Below, in pieces: positions 55,401-64,000 of a DNA stretch of 64,000 nt; the first letter of the stretch is position 1; every line of letters starts with the position of its first letter. The notes under the pieces are model-generated. The model saw only the letters and a list, made by a program, of their open reading frames with translations, ran no database searches and was not told where the DNA came from. Source of the stretch: Adineta vaga (taxonomy: Eukaryota; Animalia; Rotifera); the NCBI GenBank assembly GCA_021613535.1, contig CP075494.1, positions 12,896,001 to 12,960,000 of the forward strand, given 5' to 3'. The position numbers and the translations under genes were made by a program.

Positions 55401-58400
55401 CCATCACGAGTTGCAGTATTGAATACTACAGCATGAAGACTAGAATCAAAAAGATAATTACTCTAATAACCATTAAAATCTTTCTTACACAGCATTTCGA
55501 CGACCACCAATTGGATTTATTTTGATCAGTAATAGTTTCAAATCTGCTAATGCCATAAGAATAATTTCACGAGTAACAGACGCACCATCTTTACGTGTAA
55601 ATGTTCTCTAGAATGACGAAAATCAATATTCAATATCATATTTTTTTATCATTGTTCGAAAAAAAAATGTGTATACCTCATTACATGCAACTGAATAAAT
55701 ATCTCTTTTATTAGCTTTGAATCGTTCTGTTGAAGGAATTTTATGAACCAGATCAATATTGTTACCACGTAACCAAATGAAGTCATCATCACTTGGTGCT
55801 TCTTGATCATTGCCATCATTGGTAAAATGAACATCTATATTACCATCGTATAATGTTACGAAATTACCAAGAATTTCAGATGGTGCTTTCCAATATAGAA
55901 CTTCACGAGTAGATCGACCTAATGAATTTTGATCAAGAGCTAATTCACGTCCGCCATCAAGTTTTTGAATTCTATCACCAGCTTGATATGAATTTGTTTC
56001 GAAATCAATTGGTACAGCATTCCAATTAGAGATTGGAAGAGCAATCTATTGGGAAACAACGAAAGATTTATAAAAGATAGAGCATTCAATTTAGAAAGAA
56101 TATCTACAGCTTGTCGTAACCAATCTGTTGATGTACAATGTGCTGATACACCCGAACAGAAACATGATAAACAGCCATTCGGTGTCACTGGATTGAGATA
56201 GAAATGGCTACGTTTACATTGATTACATCGATCACCTTCAACATTGTATTTACATATACAACGACCACCACGTTCTACTTGTGTACCGGATGCATCACAA
56301 ACTGTTGAGAAAAGATCGTACTATTATTATTTTTTTTGAAAAAATATTAATATACAAACATTGTCCAGAAGCTGTGGCGATCAATTGACAATCACATGCT
56401 GTACCACTCAGAGCATTTCCTTGATATCCTGGAGCACACAATTCGCAATGAAAACCAACAGTATTATGTTTACAATCCTTGGAAGAAACATTATTTTCGT
56501 CGATAGAAATGTTCTTAGATAGATTTTACATACTAGACATCGTCCATTTTCGTCGCAACGATCTGAATGGCCATTACAAAAACATACATATACTTGTGGC
56601 CGTGGAGCTGGAGCCGTTGGTGGTGGTGGTGGTGGTCGTGTAGTTGTTGTTGGTGGCGGTGGTGGTGGAGGTGGAGGTGGTGGTGCACCACATGTTATTG
56701 CCGATGATTGTCCTCTCGCTAATATTATTGAAAACAAAACAAAGCATGACACATATGATATTTTCTTGAAGAATAGAAACTACAAACCGACGATAACACT
56801 GACAATAGCATCCGGAACAGCAAAGGTAAAACCTTGGTTATTAAGTGCTTCGCATGAGTATGCGCCACCATCATTTACATTAACATTACGAACTGTTAAT
56901 ATACCAGTAATGACAAATGGATCGTTTGGATCTGCTGTTTGGATCATAGTACATCGATTATGTTCCGAACAATCAATACAAATATGTCCCCAATTGAGAC
57001 GCCAATTAATATAAGGTGCTGGTGTACCACGAACAGTACATTGAATAGTTAAAGTATTACCAAGATTGACTTCAATTTGACGTTGTGGTGGAGTAAGAAT
57101 TGTTGGTTTAGCTGTAAATAGTTCATATTATTTAGATCAAAAACTAATATCATGAATAACATTCACTTACCACAACCGATTTCATCCGATCGATCAGGAC
57201 AATCATTATAACTATCACATTGAAATGATCTTGGAATACATACGGGACTACCATTTGTACCATTCACACCAGCACATTGATATTCATTTTGTTTACAATA
57301 ACGTTGACGGGGTAGTATTTCTATAGCAGAAAGAAAAATTGAGAAGATTTTTTCTTCATCTTCTTCTTCTTCTTCTTCGACATACCGCAATAATGTTGTG
57401 CTTCATCACTTCCATCATCGCAATCCCTAAAAATCAATCATATTGATTTGAAAAATATCTTATTTTCAAACCAATTTTGTTCCTACCGATCACCATCACA
57501 CGCCCAAAATTTCTGAACACATTTTCTCCCTCTAGTCCGATCAACACAACGAATTTCATTCGGTTGACATGTATCAGCATCTAATAAATTTCCAACAAAG
57601 TCATTTTATATTCATTATTTTCTATATGGAAACATTTCAACTTACGATTACACGATTCATCACTATTATCACCACAATCATTTTTACCATCACATACATA
57701 CGAACGTGGAATACAATTTCCATTTCGACAAGTTGCTTCATCATATTTACAACCAGCACCGATTGCTGGAGAAGTATAAAAAGAAATAACTAAATTTTCA
57801 AGATAATTAGTTTCGAGTTTATTCCTAGTCGATAATTTACCTGGTGTTGACGCTGATCCTGTACAAGAGGAAAAAAAAGTAAAACGATCATTTCAAATCT
57901 TTTCATTCTATATACTTATACCTATGAATGTTAAATCGCTAGTAGCATCTGCGTAACCACTATCGGGAATAGCACAACGATAATTGCCTAGATGCGATTG
58001 TGAAATAGGATTAATATGAAGAGTTCGTCCACGTGAATAGAATGGTTGCTCATCACGAAGAAGCTACAAAACAATAAAATTTATTTATTAAATAATAGAA
58101 AAACAAAAACATACTCGATGATTAAAATACCATTGAATACGATTTTCATCTTCTTGTGCTGCACCTTCACATTGTAATTGAACAGTATCACCTTCAGCCA
58201 TATTTGGTACAATGATACGTAAATGTCTAACATTAACTCGACCTAGAAATAAAATTCGATTTTAGAAGCAATAATTTTATCATTCTATGTCACTAACGAT
58301 CAGGAGCAATCGATCCAGGATAAGTTGTACGTGAGCTTTGACCACCATTACCATCATTATCTTGCATAGTGAGAGTAGCTGAAGCTGAATTTCCAATACT

Positions 58401-60005
58401 ATCTTGTGCCATACATGAATATGTACCAATTTTTGTTGCATCATCCAATGTAATACGTGATCTTAATGTTACTTGTGATGCTGAAACTTCTCGGTCATTC
58501 TCCGACTCTGAATCTAATTGAGCATGACGCTAAAAATAATATTTAAAAATTTCATTTCTTGTATATCACAATGGGACGTTCCTTACTCGTTCAGGTTCCT
58601 CTTGCACCCAAAAAATGCTTGTACTTAAATCGCCTCCATAAACAATACAAGTTAAGTCAACTGTTTGACCACGTTGAACGTGTAAAACATCTGGTCTAAC
58701 AACAACACGAAGTTCACTTTGACGAGTTGGTTCACTTTCATCTCGTACTGAAATCGAAATAGTTTGTTTCAATAAAAGCTTTATTGTTTTTTCTTAACTA
58801 TAAATTCAAAACTCTAGAGAAGTTATTTCGACTTGCCTTGAGTATCATCAGTTTGTGATGGATTTTCTAAAAAGCATAGAAGAAAGCAATTAAAGCAATA
58901 CCCAAAGATTGATAATAATATTGCATATTTATGAACGATATGTGTTCATGAAAGAAGGAAGAGATTAGTTAATAATGGATAAAATCACAAAATGAAGATG
59001 TGACTTGAAATTGTCCATTAATCTCATTTTTTTCCAAACGAATGGAAATTTCGAATCTATCTTCTTGTTTTCGTTCGTGTATTATTTCACATTATTCAAT
59101 GATACTTATGACTATTACAGATTGATACGTTTCATTGATTGTTGAAGAAATAGATTTGCTCATCACAAGACATATAGTGATGATCACGTTTTTTTGCGGT
59201 TATATGTGTATTTATTAGTAGAGAATAAGCAAGAAGGATACGAATGGATCTCTTTTGATCTTACCATCATCATCCGCATCTGTCTCCGCTAAAATAGAAA
59301 TAAAGATAATGATTAATCAAAATAATCATCTAATAAGAGAGAAAAGAAAGCATAAGATAAAGCATAGAAAACAAGTGAAAATGAATCGTGCAAATTGATC
59401 TCTTCTCTTGTGTGTTTTTAGCACACCTGACGGTTGAATTTTGCTATAAAATGTTGAAATTTGTGGAATAGGAGCTTCAGCAGCTATATCTATTGTTGTG
59501 AAAAATGTAGTGAAATCAATTGTTTTATCATCGATTTCCATTGAAATTGTAGTCGTTGCTAAAGATAAATCGATGGCTTGTATCTTGATCATTGTCAGTG
59601 AATACACTTACTACAATGATTTTCATCTGAACCATCTGTACATTCAATATTTCCATCACAATAAGGAGCACATATACTATTATCATCTTTGCAAGGTTCT
59701 GTTCCTCTTGGACAAGCATCGTCTATTAGCAGGAGAAAGCAAGTAGCAAAGAGAAGAGCATGTAATGGTGAAAGATGAAAAGTATTATAGTTAAAACGTA
59801 AGTAATACAAGTGGTTTCATTGACATTGACGTACTTTCATCAGATTGTCGTTTAAATCTCAACCTTGAATTGAGTTTAACAGACGCACTCTAATAACAAG
59901 AGTTTAACAATTAGATCGGTAAGAGAATTCTATTACTTGTGATATCGATAGATCAACTAAGAAAAACAAACACAGGAAGATTCCTGTGAGTAATTTTATG
60001 TTCAT
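52437..60005 (-). CDS. Short perlecan-like (HSPG2/unc-52/trol) basement-membrane protein, multi-exon
   Basis: Signal [23 protein letters not shown]; RFKR; LDLa repeats (CDG..EC.DGSDE; CD..NDC.DRSDE.GC); Ig with perlecan-type [17 protein letters not shown]; laminin EGF (CFCNGHS..C; [12 protein letters not shown]); one laminin IV-B (YWKAP...LGN.V..YDG); about five further Ig; stop after RRKRKRHI. Confidence 0.85.
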
Positions 60006-63000
60006 TCTCGGTCAATCAAAAGCAATACTTTCGAATGAATGAATGAATGAATGAAGAAAAAATAATAATAAAAATAATATCTGAAATAAGAGAATATTTA
60101 TTGTTTAATGTTGTTATTTGAAAAGAAAGAAAGAAACCTTTGAAAAGCTAGACCGTCTAATAATCCATTTCATTTCATTTTTAAAAAAAGATCATCTGAT
60201 CTACTTTCGCAGTACGTTTTTTGACAGAAACCATAGTTTAATCTTCACACATACATTCATGCATACATACATATTTAACATGAATTATATTGTAAACGAT
60301 CGAAACTGAATGTATAGTAAAGAGAACTCAAGGTATTCTATTGATTTAATTCTTTCTTTTTCGTTTTTCGTTTTTAAAACCGTTCTCATTTGTACAGTTA
60401 ACTCATGGATGATATGTGTAAATGAGAGAAAGAGAAAAACATGATGAAAACGTTCAAATAGAAACACAATTTTTTGTTGATATAAGAACTTGTTTGTGTT
60501 TCGATTAATTAAATAAACTATTGGCTAAATTAAGTGAGAAAAATATTGAGAATATCATATGAATAAATGATGATTGAAAACTTACATTTGTTGGAGGAAT
60601 TTCGTATAATCATCTCGTTTACTTGTTATACATATGATTATTGAAAACGTTTCATGTCTGCCGGGGAATCGCATGATGGAAATTAATCGAGTTGTTTGTT
60701 GCTCTAGAAGTTGAATTGAAAAAAGAAAAGAAGACTTTTAATAACATTTTCATTCATATAAAAAAACCTCATTCATATGACCTTCAATTCTTCTTTCGGT
60801 TTCTTTCGTTTGGAGAGGGAAATCAAGGTGATGGAATGGCTGGCATAATAAGTAAATATGAAAATTTTTCTTCTTCTTCTTCGTCTTCTATGTATTCTCA
60901 TTTTACTTGGACATTTGACTAATATTTAAAAACTGATAGAAAAAAAAAGAAGTCGATAATTTATTATGACTACAACTCATATTTACAACTGTAAGTCGAT
61001 CCGTTGATTGACAACGACTAAATTGATTCGACTCTTTCTCTCTGTATTTTCGAATTCTACGGCGAAATGGATTCATTTTCATTTTGCTTGTGGCTAATGA
61101 AATTCAATAGAGTCAGTTTTGTTTTGCTATTTATATTTTTCAGCTAGATTATTTCAATTCGTCTATTTCTGTTTTCGACTTCAAACAGAGAATGTGCTCA
61201 AGTTTTTTTGGTTTTCAGCTGTAATGGAATAGAATTATTTTATGGCTTTTTTTCTCAAGAGATTGCATGTTTTGAAGTTTTTGGTGAAAATAAAATACCG
61301 AACTCACCGAGGAAAAATCATATTGAGAAGTTTGATAACAAGAAAATATATTAATTTAACAGGTAATGAATATAACAGTAAACTTATATGGAATTGTGTA
61401 TAATCTTGTTTTTTTTTCTTTAAACTAACGATAAAAAAACCCATAGTTACATCTTTTTTTGACGGGAATAGAAAGGAAAATAATTCCTCTTGAGTTTTGA
61501 TTGATATTTCTATATTTATAATTTCTGCATGTAGATTTAATAGTTTTTTAGTGTGTGACCTTAAATTCTTTTGCTTCAGTAAGCACTCTCTCTATTTTAC
61601 GAATCGATAAAGTATTAACGATATTCTTCATCGCTACATAAATATGCTGAAATGTTCGAAAAGGACAAAATAAGACGGTATTTCGAAAATCGTGTATTGC
61701 TTCGAAATAAGCACAAAAATCTAGACCGCTTTTGTCTTTCAGCATGATCATGTGGCTCAAGTTCACATGAAGTACTAATCTAACAAAAGAAGGGTGAAGA
61801 AATCTACCGTGCATATAGGTAAATTTTAACTAGGCGTGAGTAACTATATTAGCATAGAATCACAATGAGGTACGATGAGTAATCAAGTGGTTATAAACCA
61901 CGACGATCGACAAGCTATACTTCGTGTCAAAGCAGATAAGTCCAATATAAACTGACTATTTGCCTATTCCCGTTGAAATCTATATGTCGAATATGAGTCT
62001 AATTATTCAATAAAAGTCCTTTGAATCTGTTAATTATGAGTCGAAATGATTGAAAGCAAATCGATCGTTTTTCTTTTGCCTTCATCTCTTTACAAGATCA
62101 ACAAGTAAGTATTTATTACAATAGGTAAATCTTTTTTTCTTCTATTCTTTTGGAATTTGATCCTATTCTAAAAATAACAATTATTCCTTCAAATATTAAA
62201 TCAAATAACTACTGAAATTTATGTTAATATTTCCATAGAAAATCGTCTCGTCTATTCTTTTCGAATGGGAAAAAAATACGATGAATAACTACGGTACACA
62301 ATCGACAATATTTTTTATGTACATTGTGAATACGATCGTCTACTTTCAACGATAAATACGTCATATTAATTACAATATAAATACACAATCTTGAGAAAGT
62401 ATGTATATTAATGCGTATAAAACTTTCCCATGTCAACGAACAAATTCCACGTAATGTGATCTCATTGGTAAAATACGAACTGCAAACATAAGATTAAATC
62501 TAATTTACTGGGAATGTAATTTGAGATAATTAGGTTAAAAATGAAATACAACATATCATTGTACAATTATCATCGATTAATGATAGATTTCAAAAGAAAT
62601 AAAACTTGCAACTTGCTTTTCTTTTCATAGTAAACGAAACTACGAAAGTATAATTATTCTTTTCCTCGATCAATATAGAAATATTTTGTTTTTAGTAAAT
62701 ATTGTACATTCTTTTATTGATCATATTTACGTAAAAAAGGTGGTAAATAAAACCACATTTGTTCTTATGTATTCACAACCACAAAACCTCATTATCAATG
62801 ACAAAATTTGTACAAACTATTAACTACATTCGAATAGATTGTAAATGAAGACATTATATCAGAAGATGCTTCTATCCAAAATCAATGGGTGATCAAAAAA
62901 GAAGTCGACTAAAAGAACGAAGTAAAATACTGGACAGGGTAACCTTAACTCTCACTCTTGAACATCATATTGATATTGTAAAAAAAATTTTTCAAGCTCT

Positions 63001-64000
63001 TCCCTCGTATGAGATATTTTCTTCATAAAAATCGTATAAAATAATACAAGAAACGTTTTCTTACCAATACATATTGACAGTTGCAGATGAATTGAATGTG
63101 AATTCACAATGCGTCTGTTGTCATTCTTCTATATTTGAGAACAACAAAGTGTACCGTCGTTAATGAAGTATACGTCGTCTATTTGCACAAATACGATCAA
63201 ACCTTGAAGAATATAGCAGGACAGAGCAAAAAAAACAGTATAGAAGCTACAAGAAATATGTTTTGCATCTTTGATGCTTACGGCAACTCACCTTCTTCCC
63301 GCAAAGTTTTCAAATATTTTCGCTTCTATTTTTCTCTTCTTTTATGGATGAAATCCATTTTACAACTGATGAATCAGCTGTCTAAGCGAAAAAAATTTGA
63401 AGAAATATAACTTTTTTTGTGATAAAGATTGAGTTTTAGTGTTCGTGCGAGCAATCAAAGAAACAACACTATTTGTGAGAAATGACTCATAAACTTGATA
63501 GATTGAAGAAACATTGGGTGAGATGTATATGTATGTTGTAAACGCTATTGTATATCCGATATCAACAATACGAGCATGACTTAGAGGATACTGATATTCC
63601 AGTATCGTATAAATTCAATGAAAATATGTGATGAATATGTTCATAAATATATCCACATCTTTTTAATATCGAGAGATAAATCAATGATATGAAACTTTCC
63701 ATCTTCTTCCATTGTATTTATGTTAATCGTAGGTGAGGTTTTTGGTTGATCACCCAAAGACGAGAAAGGTTCAAGTTAATTGAAATCTGTTAGAAATATC
63801 ATCGGTCTGTCTATGTTAAAATCAACAGAGTATGAATTCAGTTTGTTGATACTTGATATTAGTGATCTATTTAAAATAATACTGAACATGTCAGTAAAAA
63901 TCAAGCAAAAATATCTAAATGCTATTTTTATATTGGATAAGAACACTTGTCTGAAGTACTGGAAATCAAAAGATTCAACAATTTTTTTGTTTATTTATAA

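Noticed and set aside
62880-63800. Gene around ORF 63135-63410
   Set aside because: No recognisable motif, no consistent exon chain, many stops nearby

Overview
AT-rich eukaryotic (animal) DNA with many short introns of about 50-65 nt. Gene content and style point to a bdelloid rotifer (Adineta/Rotaria-like); this is an inference, not a lookup. Left part (1-37.5 kb) is gene-dense. It holds RPL37, ATG3, a testican/SPOCK-like gene and an RFamide neuropeptide precursor (+), then five co-oriented minus-strand genes (ACO2, ESCO, ITPR, CHID1, RMI2), WASHC2/FAM21 and a myristoylated EF-hand protein (+). The 37.7-51 kb region is accessory-like: a deleted Tc1/mariner element with ~160-bp TIRs, two orphan GPCR paralogues with an identical core flanking a bacterial-type GNAT, and a type II membrane protein built from five exon-encoded bacterial-type GEVED domains. 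A truncated perlecan-like gene (-) follows, then about 4 kb without a clear gene. Top findings: (1) a pair of frame-incompatible, mutually exclusive exons encoding the S4-S5 linker, TM5 and luminal loop of the IP3 receptor; (2) the GEVED-repeat membrane protein; (3) the GPCR-GNAT-GPCR cassette with an apparent gene-conversion tract; (4) operon-like spacing with splice acceptors in front of start codons. All exon boundaries were read by eye; family assignments come from recalled motifs, not database searches.
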